Shown here: piece by piece, positions 16,984 to 25,834 of the stretch
Layout: each line of letters starts with the position of its first letter
Position numbering within the stretch: position 1 is the stretch's first letter
Assembly: GCA_035699665.1 (NCBI GenBank)
Contig: DASSPJ010000006.1
Span: 1 to 60,790, forward strand
Direction of reading: 5' to 3'
From: Candidatus Limnocylindria bacterium
GTDB taxonomy: Bacteria; Chloroflexota; Limnocylindria; QHBO01
DNA: 60,790 bases
Made by a program: the position numbers and the translations under genes
Notes under the pieces: generated by a model
Database searches by the model: none
Told to the model about the DNA's origin: nothing
What the model saw: the letters and a program-made list of their open reading frames with translations, nothing else

Positions 16984-17013
16984 GACGGGGTGGGGCTGCT
17001 GCCCCACCCCGTC
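16984..17013 (+). terminator. intercistronic hairpin between the SBP and permease genes
   Basis: GACGGGGTGGGGC-TGCT-GCCCCACCCCGTC forms a perfect 13-bp stem. It is probably an attenuating or stabilising stem that uncouples SBP expression from the permease genes. Confidence 0.55.
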
Positions 17014-17057
17014 CGCTATCCACACCCCCGTATCGGTAGGGAGCCCCGGACGAGCCC

Positions 17058-18095
17058 ATGATCCGTCGCCTCTCCCTCGTCACCGTCACCCTGTGGCTGG
17101 TCGCCGCGATCATCCTCGGGGCGATGATCTGGGGGTCGATCCTCACCCTCTCCAAGGGCGCCTTCACCGTCACGCAGTGGCGTGACCTCATCATCAACGG
17201 CGTCGCCCTGGGCGCCGTGTACGCCCTCATCGCGCTGGGCTACACCCTGGTCTACGGCATCCTGTTCATGATCAACTTCGCCCACGGCGAGGTGTTCATG
17301 GCCGGAGCCTTCACCGCCTACTTCGCGGCCGCCGCCCTTGCCGACGCGGGCATGATCGACAGCCAGCCGGTCGTGGCGCTGGCGATCGTCTTCGCCGTCG
17401 CGATGGTCACCTCGATGGTCGTCGCCGTGCTGCTGGAGCGCATCGCCTACCGCAAGCTGCGCAACGCGCCACGCCTGGTGCCGCTCATCACCGCCATCGG
17501 GGCATCGCTCTTCCTGCAGTACGCGTTCCGCGGCCTGTACGGCAGCAGCGTGCGGTCGTACCCCAACGTGCCGGCGCTGGACGGGACGATCACCATCGCC
17601 GGCATCCCGCTGCGCGCCACGCAACTGATGGTCATCGTCAGCGCCATCGTGCTGATGGCCGCGCTGTGGTACCTGGTCAACCGCACCCGCACCGGCCGAG
17701 CGATGCGCGCCGTCTCCGAGGACAAGGAGACCGCTGCGCTGATGGGCATCAACGTCGACCAGACCATCGTGCGCACGTTCGCCATCGGCGGCCTGCTCGC
17801 CGGCGCGGCGGGCGTCCTGTACGCGCTGATCTTCAGCCACGTCACCTTCGCCATGGGCTTCCTCCCGGGCATCAAGGCCTTCACCGCGGCGGTCCTCGGC
17901 GGCATCGGCAACATTGCCGGTGCCATGATCGGCGGCTTCTCGCTGGGCGTGCTCGAACAGGTCGGGCCGAACCTGTTCCTCTCCGGGTTCGGCGTCCCCG
18001 GCGCCAACCAGCTGCGTGATGGCATCGCCTTCACGGTGCTGGTGATCGTCCTCATCATCCGGCCCACCGGCATCCTGGGGAGGAAGGAGTCATGA
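17058..18095 (+). CDS. livH: branched-chain amino acid ABC transporter permease
   Basis: 345 aa and polytopic, with typical LivH stretches (NFAHGEVFMAGAF, GINVD, GGIGNIAGAMIGG). Confidence 0.9.
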   Translation: MIRRLSLVTVTLWLVAAIILGAMIWGSILTLSKGAFTVTQWRDLIINGVALGAVYALIALGYTLVYGILFMINFAHGEVFMAGAFTAYFAAAALADAGMIDSQPVVALAIVFAVAMVTSMVVAVLLERIAYRKLRNAPRLVPLITAIGASLFLQYAFRGLYGSSVRSYPNVPALDGTITIAGIPLRATQLMVIVSAIVLMAALWYLVNRTRTGRAMRAVSEDKETAALMGINVDQTIVRTFAIGGLLAGAAGVLYALIFSHVTFAMGFLPGIKAFTAAVLGGIGNIAGAMIGGFSLGVLEQVGPNLFLSGFGVPGANQLRDGIAFTVLVIVLIIRPTGILGRKES

Positions 18096-19822
18096 GGGCG
18101 ACGCGGCTCGTGCCGGCCATGCGCATCGGGCTCATCGCCGGCCTGGCGCTGGTCTTCATCGTCACCATCGGGTTCGTCGAGACCGTCGCCCGCCGCGAGG
18201 TGCTGACCGATCTCCTCTCCCTGTCGACCACCATGATCGGGATGGTGGCCGTGCTGACCGGCGTGGTGGCGGCGCGCCCCACCGCCGATGCGGGCGAGCC
18301 GCTCCCCGGGACCGCCGCGCTGCGCGGGGCCGTGGCCGGACTCGTGGCGGCCGTGGTGGTGACCCTCTTTGCTGCCTTCTCCAGCGCGGTCGACCTGAGC
18401 CACATGTTCCCGAACCTGCGCGGCCACGCGTTCGACACTGTGACGTTCGGGCTCGACCTGCCGGTCGCGGCCGTCGTCCTGGCAGCGACGGGCGCGATCC
18501 TCGGTGCGCTCGGCGGGATCCTGCGCGCCCTCCCACCGCTCCCGACCCGCATGGTCGTCACCGCCGGCATCGTGGTCGTGGTGCTGAGCATCATGGAGCA
18601 GGTCTTCCGGGTGATGCTCACCGAGCTCGGGCTTCGCGACGTGGCGCGCTTCTTCTACGCGAGCGGTGCGCTCACCGTCCCCGGTGCGGTGGTGGTCGCC
18701 ATCCTCGCCGCGCTCGGCACGTGGCTCGCGCGCGCCCCGCAGTCGCCGGTCCGCGCCCAGGTGCAGCGGGTGCGGGCGCGTACCGACCGCCGCACGAGCG
18801 TGATCCTGTACGTGCTGGTCGGTCTGGCGCTGCTGATCCTGCCGCAGCTCATCGGACGCTTCCCGAGCGACGTGGTCGGCAACGCCGGCCTCTACCTGCT
18901 GCTGGGGCTGGGCCTGAACATCGTGGTCGGCTACGCCGGGCTCCTCGACCTGGGCTACGTGGCCTTCTTCGCCATCGGTGCCTACTCGGTGGCCCTCATG
19001 ACCTCGCCGCAGTCGTTCCTCGACCTCCAGTGGAACTTCTGGCTGATTCTGCCGCTGGTCATGGTCCTCGCCGCCACCGCCGGCATCGTGATCGGTGCGC
19101 CGGTGCTGCGCCTGCGCGGCGACTACCTCGCCATCGTGACGCTGGGCTTCGGCGAGATCGTGCGGCTCCTGTTCCTCTCCGACTGGCTGAAGCCGTGGAC
19201 CGGCGCCGGGCAGGGCGTCCTGGGCATCCCGGGCCCCACGCTCCCGGCCCTCGAGGTGCCGAGCAAGGATCCCGAGAGCATCTACTACCCGATCCTCTTC
19301 TTCTGCGTGCTGGGCGCGATCGTCGCCTACCGCCTCGCCAACTCGCGGGTCGGACGGGCGTGGAACGCAATGCGCGAGGACGAGTCGGTGGCCGAGGCGA
19401 CCGGCATCAACACCACCAACTACAAGCTGCTGGCGTTCGCCCTCGGGGCAGTGTTCGGGTGCCTGTCGGGCGCCCTCTTCGCCGCCAAGATCGGGGTCGT
19501 CTTCCCGCACAGCTTCGAGATCATCGTCTCGATCACCGCCCTGGCGGTCATCATCCTCGGCGGCATGGGCTCGATTCCCGGCGTGGTCGTCGGGGCGCTG
19601 GTGCTGGTGGGGCTTCCCGAGCTGCTGCGCGAGTTCGACGAGTACCGCCTCCTGGTCTACGGCGCCGTGCTCGTCGCGATGATGCTGCTCCGTCCGGAGG
19701 GCCTCGTGCCGAGCGCCATGCGCCAGCGCGAGCTGCACGAGTCCGATGAGCCGGAGGACCAGTACGACGAGGAGGCGGGGGTCGACACCGGTCGCCCCGC
19801 GGTGAGCGGAGGTGCGGCATGA
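18092..19822 (+). CDS. livM: branched-chain amino acid ABC transporter permease with ~230-aa N-terminal membrane extension
   Basis: It has an ATGA overlap with livH. The LivM core starts near residue 235 (LGLNIVVGYAGLLDLGYVAFFAIGAY). The N-terminal extension has extra TM helices. Confidence 0.85.
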   Translation: MRATRLVPAMRIGLIAGLALVFIVTIGFVETVARREVLTDLLSLSTTMIGMVAVLTGVVAARPTADAGEPLPGTAALRGAVAGLVAAVVVTLFAAFSSAVDLSHMFPNLRGHAFDTVTFGLDLPVAAVVLAATGAILGALGGILRALPPLPTRMVVTAGIVVVVLSIMEQVFRVMLTELGLRDVARFFYASGALTVPGAVVVAILAALGTWLARAPQSPVRAQVQRVRARTDRRTSVILYVLVGLALLILPQLIGRFPSDVVGNAGLYLLLGLGLNIVVGYAGLLDLGYVAFFAIGAYSVALMTSPQSFLDLQWNFWLILPLVMVLAATAGIVIGAPVLRLRGDYLAIVTLGFGEIVRLLFLSDWLKPWTGAGQGVLGIPGPTLPALEVPSKDPESIYYPILFFCVLGAIVAYRLANSRVGRAWNAMREDESVAEATGINTTNYKLLAFALGAVFGCLSGALFAAKIGVVFPHSFEIIVSITALAVIILGGMGSIPGVVVGALVLVGLPELLREFDEYRLLVYGAVLVAMMLLRPEGLVPSAMRQRELHESDEPEDQYDEEAGVDTGRPAVSGGAA

Positions 19823-20640
19823 CCGTCGAGCAGCGCGAGCCGGCGGCAACGTCCGCGGCCCCCGACCAGATCGTGGTGGTCGAGCGTCTCACCAAGACGT
19901 TCGGCGGCCTGATCGCCAACAAGGACATCGACTTCACCATCCCGCGCCGCGCGATCGTCTCGGTCATCGGACCCAACGGCGCCGGCAAGACCACGCTCTT
20001 CAACCAGATCAGCGGCTACTACCAGCCCACCCACGGCTCGATCGTGTTCGACGGGGTGAACATCGTCGGCCTCGCGCCGAACGACGTGGCCGAGCTGGGC
20101 ATCGGGCGGACGTACCAGAACATCCGCCTCTTCGCCGACATGACGGTGCTCGCCAACGTGATGGTCGGCGCCCACGCCCGCCTCAAGAGCCAGTGGTACC
20201 AGATCATCCTCGGCCTCGGCAGCGTGAAGCAGGAGGAGGAGGCGACCCGCCAGCGAGCGCGCGAGCTGCTCGACCTGGTCGGCCTGCCGCGGCGCTATGA
20301 GCGCGAGCTGGCGAAGAACCTGCCGTACGGCGAGCAGCGGCGCCTGGAGGTGGCGCGGGCACTGGCGGGCGATCCCAAGCTGCTCCTCCTCGACGAGCCG
20401 ACCGCCGGGATGAACCCCGGGGAGACGGCGCGCATGACCCAGTTCATCGGCCGGCTGCGCGACGAGCTGGGCCTCACCATCCTCCTCATCGAGCACGACA
20501 TGAAGGTGGTGATGGGCGTCAGCGAGCGGATCACGGTGCTCGACTACGGTGAGAAGATCGCCGAGGGGTCGCCCGAGGAGATCCGCTCCAACCCGCGGGT
20601 CATCGAGGCCTACCTGGGCAAGGGTGCGGCGAACGCATGA
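19819..20640 (+). CDS. livG: branched-chain amino acid ABC transporter ATP-binding protein
   Basis: It has an ATGA overlap with livM. Walker A is GPNGAGKTT, the signature is LPYGEQRRLEVA, and Walker B is LLLLDEP. Confidence 0.9.
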   Translation: MTVEQREPAATSAAPDQIVVVERLTKTFGGLIANKDIDFTIPRRAIVSVIGPNGAGKTTLFNQISGYYQPTHGSIVFDGVNIVGLAPNDVAELGIGRTYQNIRLFADMTVLANVMVGAHARLKSQWYQIILGLGSVKQEEEATRQRARELLDLVGLPRRYERELAKNLPYGEQRRLEVARALAGDPKLLLLDEPTAGMNPGETARMTQFIGRLRDELGLTILLIEHDMKVVMGVSERITVLDYGEKIAEGSPEEIRSNPRVIEAYLGKGAANA

Positions 20641-21416
20641 CCGATACCGATCCGACTCCCACCGCGACCGCGGCACCCGCGGCGGCTCCGGCAGCGCCGC
20701 GCGACGGCACGCTCCTGGAGCTCGACGCGATCCACGTCTTCTACGGCGCCATCGAGGCGCTCAAGGGCCTGTCGATGACCGTCGGAGAGGGCGAGATCGT
20801 GACCCTCATCGGCTCGAACGGGGCCGGCAAGTCGACGACCCTGCGCGCGATCAGCGGCACGCACAAGCCGCGTGGCGGATCGATCCGGCTGCACGGCAAG
20901 CGCATCGACCACCTGCCGGCCCACGAGGTCGTGAAGCTCGGGATCGGCCACTCCCCCGAGGGGCGCCGGGTCTTCAGCCGCATGACCGTCTACGAGAACC
21001 TGCAGATGGGCGCCTTCAGCCGTGGCCGTGAGGCCATCGACGACGACGTGGCGCGCGTCTTCGACCTCTTCCCGCGCCTCAAGGAGCGTCGCGCCCAGAA
21101 GGCCGGCACGATGTCCGGAGGCGAGCAGCAGATGCTGGCGATGGGTCGCGCGCTCATGGCGCGGCCGACGATCCTCCTGCTCGACGAGCCGTCGATGGGC
21201 CTGTCGCCGATCCTGACCGAGCAGATCTTCCAGATCATCACCGAGATCAACGGCCAGGGCACCACCATCCTGCTGGTCGAGCAGAACGCGCTCATGGCAC
21301 TCAACGTCGCCACGCGGGGCTACGTCCTGCAGACCGGTCGCATCATCCTCGCCGACACCGCCGCCAACCTCGCCGCCAACGAGCAGGTCCGACAGGCGTA
21401 CCTCGGCGAGATCTGA
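20637..21416 (+). CDS. livF: branched-chain amino acid ABC transporter ATP-binding protein
   Basis: It has an ATGA overlap with livG. Walker A is GSNGAGKST, the signature is MSGGEQQMLAMG, and Walker B is ILLLDEP. Confidence 0.9.
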   Translation: MTDTDPTPTATAAPAAAPAAPRDGTLLELDAIHVFYGAIEALKGLSMTVGEGEIVTLIGSNGAGKSTTLRAISGTHKPRGGSIRLHGKRIDHLPAHEVVKLGIGHSPEGRRVFSRMTVYENLQMGAFSRGREAIDDDVARVFDLFPRLKERRAQKAGTMSGGEQQMLAMGRALMARPTILLLDEPSMGLSPILTEQIFQIITEINGQGTTILLVEQNALMALNVATRGYVLQTGRIILADTAANLAANEQVRQAYLGEI

Positions 21417-21422
21417 TTCCCG

Positions 21423-22013
21423 GTGGCCGCCCCCGATCCGGCGCCCCGGCGTCCGCGCGCCCCGTCCGACTACCGGCCTGACGTGCGGCCGCTGCTCCTC
21501 CTCGCCGCGCTGCTGGTGGTGGTCGTCCTCGGGTGGGTCTGGCTCGGGCCGCGCATCCTGCCCGACGTGGCACCGGCGGAATCGCCGGGCGCCCTCGACG
21601 GCCGCTGGACGCTGACCCCCGACGCGCCGCTGGCCACGACCCTGGACCTCCGCGCCGGCGCGTACCGTCTCGACGGCGAGCTCCCCCTCACCGGCGCCGG
21701 CCTCGCGACGGTCGAGGACCGAACGCTCACCGTTGCCGGCCACGCCGGCTGCGAGGGCACCGGTCGCTACGCGGTCATGCTGGGGGACGTGGAACGCTTC
21801 GGCCTGCTGCCGCAGTTCCGCGCCCAGTCGCTCGACCTCGAGCCCATCGCCGACCCCTGCTCCGCCCGGGTCGCAACGCTGAGCGGCGGCACGTGGATCC
21901 TGCGCGCCAGCCTGCGCGCCGGAGTCCACGGCATCTGCGACCCGCCAAACACCGAGGCGGCCGTCACCGGCCACTGGCCCGAGCCACCAGGCTGCGCGAC
22001 CGGCGGTCAGTAG
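21423..22013 (+). CDS. hypothetical membrane-anchored protein
   Basis: The GTG start is 7 nt after the livF stop. It has one TM helix (LLLLAALLVVVVLGWVWL). The codon bias matches the host, and I recognised no motif. Confidence 0.45.
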   Translation: MAAPDPAPRRPRAPSDYRPDVRPLLLLAALLVVVVLGWVWLGPRILPDVAPAESPGALDGRWTLTPDAPLATTLDLRAGAYRLDGELPLTGAGLATVEDRTLTVAGHAGCEGTGRYAVMLGDVERFGLLPQFRAQSLDLEPIADPCSARVATLSGGTWILRASLRAGVHGICDPPNTEAAVTGHWPEPPGCATGGQ

Positions 22014-22438
22014 CGGCGGCGCACCCCGAAGCCGGTCCCTGCGCCGTACAGCACCAGCGCGACGCCCACCGCGGCGACGGCCAGGCCGGGGGACTGCTGG
22101 GGGAGCGGCAGGAACCCGACCCGCCACAGCTCCCAGCCGCGCAGCACGAGCGCCGCCGCCGCCGCCAGTCCGAGCACCAGGTAGACCGGCGGCGCGTCCA
22201 GCACGAAGCCCCATCGGCCGCGCATGTAGCCGATGTCGAGCAGCACGAGGCCGACGACCGCGGCGGCGTAGATCACCAGCCCCGGCCCCTCGAGCCCGAT
22301 GCCGCTCAGCGGCGGGATCTCGACCCCCTCGACGGACACCCCGCCGGCGTGCCACCACGGCAGGAACCCCGAAGCCACCATCGCCAGGCAGCCCAGCAGG
22401 ATGAGGAGCCGGAACCGGCGACCGGAGCCGTCGCCCAT
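22007..22438 (-). CDS. hypothetical polytopic membrane protein
   Basis: 143 aa with 4 hydrophobic segments. It overlaps the convergent upstream gene by 7 nt. Confidence 0.5.
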   Translation of the reverse strand: MGDGSGRRFRLLILLGCLAMVASGFLPWWHAGGVSVEGVEIPPLSGIGLEGPGLVIYAAAVVGLVLLDIGYMRGRWGFVLDAPPVYLVLGLAAAAALVLRGWELWRVGFLPLPQQSPGLAVAAVGVALVLYGAGTGFGVRRRY

Positions 22439-22453
22439 GGACGCCGCGAGCGC

Positions 22454-23032
22454 CTAGGCGCCCGGCTCGCTGCCGCCGTAGACGGACGGCTTCAGGACGC
22501 CGATGTACGGCAGGTTGCGGTAGCGCTCGTCGTAGTCGAGCCCGAAGCCGATGACGAAGCGATCCGGGATCGTGAACCCTCGGTAGTCGATCTCCAGGTC
22601 GACCAGGCGACGCGCCGGCTTGTCGAGGAGGCACACCACGCGCAGCGAGGCGGGAGCGCGGTCGGCGAGGTAGCGGAGCAGGTAGTTGAGGGTGAGCCCG
22701 GTGTCGATGATGTCCTCCACGACCAGCACGTGCCGTCCCTCGATCGAGCCGGCAAGGTCCTTGAGAATGCGGACCTGGCCGCTCGACTCGGTGCCCGAGC
22801 CATACGAGCTGACCTCCATCAGGTCGAGCGACAGCGGCACCTGCATGGCGCGCACGAGATCGGCCAGGAAGACGACCGAGCCCTTCAGGACCCCGATCAG
22901 GACCGGGTCGCGGTCGGCGTAGTCGGCAGCCAGCTCGCGGCCGAGCTCGACGATCCGGTCGCGGATCTGTCCCTCGGTCAGCAGGATCTCGCTGACGTCG
23001 CTGTGGACCGATGGAGACGCGGCGGCGGTCAT
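22454..23032 (-). CDS. hpt: hypoxanthine phosphoribosyltransferase
   Basis: Motifs: LIGVLKGSVVFLADL and the PRPP-binding loop VLVVEDIIDTGLTL. It has an ATGA overlap with the upstream gene. Confidence 0.9.
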   Translation of the reverse strand: MTAAASPSVHSDVSEILLTEGQIRDRIVELGRELAADYADRDPVLIGVLKGSVVFLADLVRAMQVPLSLDLMEVSSYGSGTESSGQVRILKDLAGSIEGRHVLVVEDIIDTGLTLNYLLRYLADRAPASLRVVCLLDKPARRLVDLEIDYRGFTIPDRFVIGFGLDYDERYRNLPYIGVLKPSVYGGSEPGA

Positions 23033-23451
23033 GCGGCTCCCTCGGCGCGCACGCCAGCATCGGTCGCGTAGGTGCGCGCGCCGTTCGGAGCGCCGTTCAC
23101 CTCGGCGACCTCCGACAGGAACGACAGGCGGCCGTACTTCAGCATCAGCGCCTTGAAGTCACGGGCGTAGAACAGCTTCACGCGCACCTCGGGATAGAGC
23201 TGCCGCATCCACCGCAGCTTGCGGTTCTTCTTGCGCACCAGCGACTGCTTCAGCGTCGTCAGCTCGAGGTAGAGGTCGATCTCCGGCAGGTAGAAATCCG
23301 GCGCGAAGCACTCGGCGACGGAACCATCGGCGGTCCAGGAGATGGGGAAGACGTCGGGTTCGTACTGCCATGCGATCCCGTAGAAGTCGAGGATCCTTGC
23401 CAGCTCGGCCTCGCTCGCGTGGGCGAAGCGGGGCGGCTGGGCGACGGTCAT
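23029..23451 (-). CDS. hypothetical protein (possible endonuclease-like fold)
   Basis: The ATG is at 23451 (a GTG at 23463 is also possible). The stretch APDFYLPEIDLYLELT..K is reminiscent of PD-(D/E)xK/DUF559-like cores, but the match is weak. Confidence 0.5.
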   Translation of the reverse strand: MTVAQPPRFAHASEAELARILDFYGIAWQYEPDVFPISWTADGSVAECFAPDFYLPEIDLYLELTTLKQSLVRKKNRKLRWMRQLYPEVRVKLFYARDFKALMLKYGRLSFLSEVAEVNGAPNGARTYATDAGVRAEGAA

Positions 23452-23529
23452 GCTCGCAACCACCGCGCCTCGATCGTACGCGCTGCTGGCGCCTCCGGGG
23501 TCATCGAATGCGAGTATAGCCTCGCGGAG

Positions 23530-23587
23530 TTATCCACATTTCGCGGTCGTCGCGCGCGATTGTGGACAATATGCCTTGTTCTCCACG
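23530..23587. promoter_or_regulatory. cluster of three DnaA-box-like 9-mers
   Basis: TTATCCACA (23530-23538, plus strand) is a perfect match to the E. coli consensus. TTGTCCACA lies on the minus strand at 23561-23569. TTCTCCACG (23579-23587) matches 7 of 9. All three sit in the GC-poor divergent region between the hpt operon and rsmG. Confidence 0.5.
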
Positions 23588-23735
23588 GACGGCCTGGAGT
23601 ACGGTCGGGCTCCTGCTTCTGGATGGCCGCGCAAGTACGGTAACCGGAGCCGCTGCGGGACCGATGCGAGAGCCGGTCGCCACCAACCGCACGGCGTCGG
23701 GAAGACCGAACGCCGACCACCCCGGAGCATTTCTC

Positions 23736-24488
23736 TTGTCCTCGACCGATGCGGCCGCCGCCGCGATCGCCGCCCTCCAGCCGCTGCTGGCCGCCGCTCC
23801 GCTGCTGGCTGGCGGACTTCCCCCCGGCTGGACCGATGGCGCCCGCCGCTACGTCGCCCTCCTGCTCGAGGCCAACCAGCGCCTCAACCTGACGCGCGTG
23901 GTGTCGCCCGAGGCGGTGGCGCGCGACCACCTCCTCGACGCAGTGGCGGCGTTGCCGCTCCTCGATGCGGCGGCACCGGCGCGGGTGATCGACCTCGGCT
24001 CGGGCGGCGGCGTGCCGGCGATTCCGCTCGCCCTGGCACGGCCGGACATCGCATGGACCCTGGTCGACGCGGTCGGTAAGAAGGCCGACGCGCTCCGGGG
24101 CTTCGTCGCCGAGCTGGGGCTGCGCAACGTGACCGTCGTCGCCGAGCGGCTCGAGGCGCTCGGGCGCGACAAGGCGCACCGGGAGCGGCACGACCTCGCC
24201 ACCGCCCGTGCCTGCGCCCCGCTGCCGGTCCTCTGCGAGCTGGCGCTGCCGCTCCTGCGTCGCGGCGGCCGGCTGGTGGCCTGGAAGGGGCCGCTCGACG
24301 CCGCTGCCGAGGAGCTGCGCCGAGCGAATGCCGCGGCGTCACAGCTCGGCGGGGACGACCCGGTGGTCATGCCGACCGGCGTGGCCGGGCTCGGCGGCCG
24401 CACCTTCGTGCTCGTCGAGAAGCGTGGCACGACCCCCCGGCGGTTCCCGCGCCGCCCCGGTGAGCCGGGGCGCCGGCCGCTCGGCTGA
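23736..24488 (+). CDS. rsmG: 16S rRNA (guanine527-N7)-methyltransferase
   Basis: Motifs: LLEANQRLNLT and the SAM motif VIDLGSGGGVPAIPLA. I chose the TTG at 23736 for family-typical N-terminal length; the ATG at 23664 is an in-frame alternative. Confidence 0.8.
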   Translation: MSSTDAAAAAIAALQPLLAAAPLLAGGLPPGWTDGARRYVALLLEANQRLNLTRVVSPEAVARDHLLDAVAALPLLDAAAPARVIDLGSGGGVPAIPLALARPDIAWTLVDAVGKKADALRGFVAELGLRNVTVVAERLEALGRDKAHRERHDLATARACAPLPVLCELALPLLRRGGRLVAWKGPLDAAAEELRRANAAASQLGGDDPVVMPTGVAGLGGRTFVLVEKRGTTPRRFPRRPGEPGRRPLG

Positions 24489-24521
24489 GTGGCGCGGGTC
24501 GAGGCCCGGCCGCTGCATCGG

Positions 24522-24527
24522 TATACT
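24522..24527 (+). promoter_or_regulatory. -10 element TATACT, 9 nt upstream of the ATG at 24537
   Basis: GGTATACTCGGGGGCCC-ATG with no Shine-Dalgarno sequence, indicating a leaderless or near-leaderless mRNA. Confidence 0.5.
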
Positions 24528-24536
24528 CGGGGGCCC

Positions 24537-25262
24537 ATGCGCCTTGCCGTCCTGTCGGACATCCATGCCAATCTCGCTGCCCTGGAGGCCGTGCGGGCCG
24601 ACCTGCCCGCCGTGGACGAGGTGTGGGCGCTCGGTGACATCGTCGGCTACGGGCCACGCCCCAACGAGGTGATCGCGGCGCTCCAGGAGCTCGGCGCGCG
24701 GAGCGTGCTCGGCAACCACGACGGCGCCGCGATCGGCACGGTCGATCCGGGCGACTTCAACCCTGACGCGCGCGCCGCCGTCACGTGGACCGGCGAGGTG
24801 CTCGACGACAACGCCCGCGCGTACCTCGCCGCCCTGCCGGAGGTCCGCCGCGACGGCGAGCTGACCGCCGTCCACGGCTCACCGCGCGACCCGATCTGGG
24901 AGTACATCGTCAGCGCCGCCGTGGCGGCGGCCAACCTCGAGTCGTTCGACACGCGCATCTGCCTGTTCGGGCACACGCACCTGCCGATCGTCTTCCGCGC
25001 CACCGATGGCGGGGCGATGGCCGCTGAGCCCGGCCTCCCCGGCGAGCCGGTGCCGGTCGGCGAGGGTCGGCTGCTGATCAATCCGGGCAGCGTCGGCCAG
25101 CCACGCGACGGCAACCCGCTGGCGGCCTACCTCATCCTGGACCTCGAGGCGGGCACCGCCGAATTCCGGCGCGTGGGCTACGACATCGAGGCGACGCAGC
25201 GCCAGATCCTCGACCTCGGCCTGCCGCCACGTCTCGCCGAGCGGCTGGGCTACGGGCGATGA
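24537..25262 (+). CDS. metallophosphoesterase (YfcE/MJ0936-like)
   Basis: Motifs: MRLAVLSDIHAN, GDIVGYG, GNHD, GHTH, NPGSVGQPRDG. Confidence 0.8.
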   Translation: MRLAVLSDIHANLAALEAVRADLPAVDEVWALGDIVGYGPRPNEVIAALQELGARSVLGNHDGAAIGTVDPGDFNPDARAAVTWTGEVLDDNARAYLAALPEVRRDGELTAVHGSPRDPIWEYIVSAAVAAANLESFDTRICLFGHTHLPIVFRATDGGAMAAEPGLPGEPVPVGEGRLLINPGSVGQPRDGNPLAAYLILDLEAGTAEFRRVGYDIEATQRQILDLGLPPRLAERLGYGR

Positions 25263-25810
25263 CCCGCCGCCCGCTGGCCATGCTGCTCGTCGCCGCCGTC
25301 TGCGTCGCCTGTGGCGGTCCCATCGCCAGCTCCGGTGCCGCGCGCCCGACGAGCACCGGCCCGAGCGTCAGCGCCACTCCGTCCCCCACGCCCGGCGGCG
25401 TGGGCGACGTGCCGTTCGTGCGGATCACCGACCGGGTCCCCGTCGCGACGGAGGCGGCCGCGATCCGCATGGCCTTCGACGCCGGCGCGGCGGCGAGCCT
25501 CGTCAGCGAGCCCCCGCCGATCGACTACGCGACGCAGGCGGTCCTGTGCGTTTCGCTCGGCGAGCGCTCGACCGGCGGCTGGAGCATCACGATCCAGTCG
25601 ATCACCATCGAGGGGGCCGAGATGCGCATCCTGGCGCGCGAGGGGCGGCCACGCCCCGGCGAGGCGGTCACCCAGGCGTTCACCTACCCGAGCGACTGCG
25701 CGGTCGTGGACCGCACCGTCCTGCCGGTCGGCGAGCTGGCGGTGCGCGCCGACGACACGATCAGCGACGAGTTCATCGTCGACGCCGTCATCGAGGTGCC
25801 CGCCCGCTAG
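25259..25810 (+). CDS. lipoprotein with PrcB-like C-terminal domain
   Basis: It has an ATGA overlap with the upstream gene and a lipobox (AAVCVACGG). GERSTGGWSITIQSI resembles the PrcB_C motif. Confidence 0.55.
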   Translation: MTRRPLAMLLVAAVCVACGGPIASSGAARPTSTGPSVSATPSPTPGGVGDVPFVRITDRVPVATEAAAIRMAFDAGAAASLVSEPPPIDYATQAVLCVSLGERSTGGWSITIQSITIEGAEMRILAREGRPRPGEAVTQAFTYPSDCAVVDRTVLPVGELAVRADDTISDEFIVDAVIEVPAR

Positions 25811-25834
25811 GGGCGGCGTACCATATCGGGCGCC

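Noticed and set aside
17447-19849. 800-aa minus-strand ORF opposite livH/livM. Similar giants lie at 20610-23060(-), 32819-35617(-), 36150-39134(-), 48377-50953(+), 57435-59936(+), 45233-47122(-) and 55..56-kb(-).
   Set aside because: These are classic high-GC shadow ORFs. They are antisense or out of frame relative to genes with unmistakable motifs (Liv permeases, Lon, ClpB, PruA, surface protein). Their translations are dominated by R/G/A/P/D/H runs and they lack any recognisable domain.
23464-23735. Chromosomal replication origin (oriC)
   Set aside because: There are only three boxes, no AT-rich unwinding repeats, and no dnaA, dnaN, parAB, rnpA or rpmH in the neighbourhood. I report it as a DnaA-box cluster of unknown role instead.
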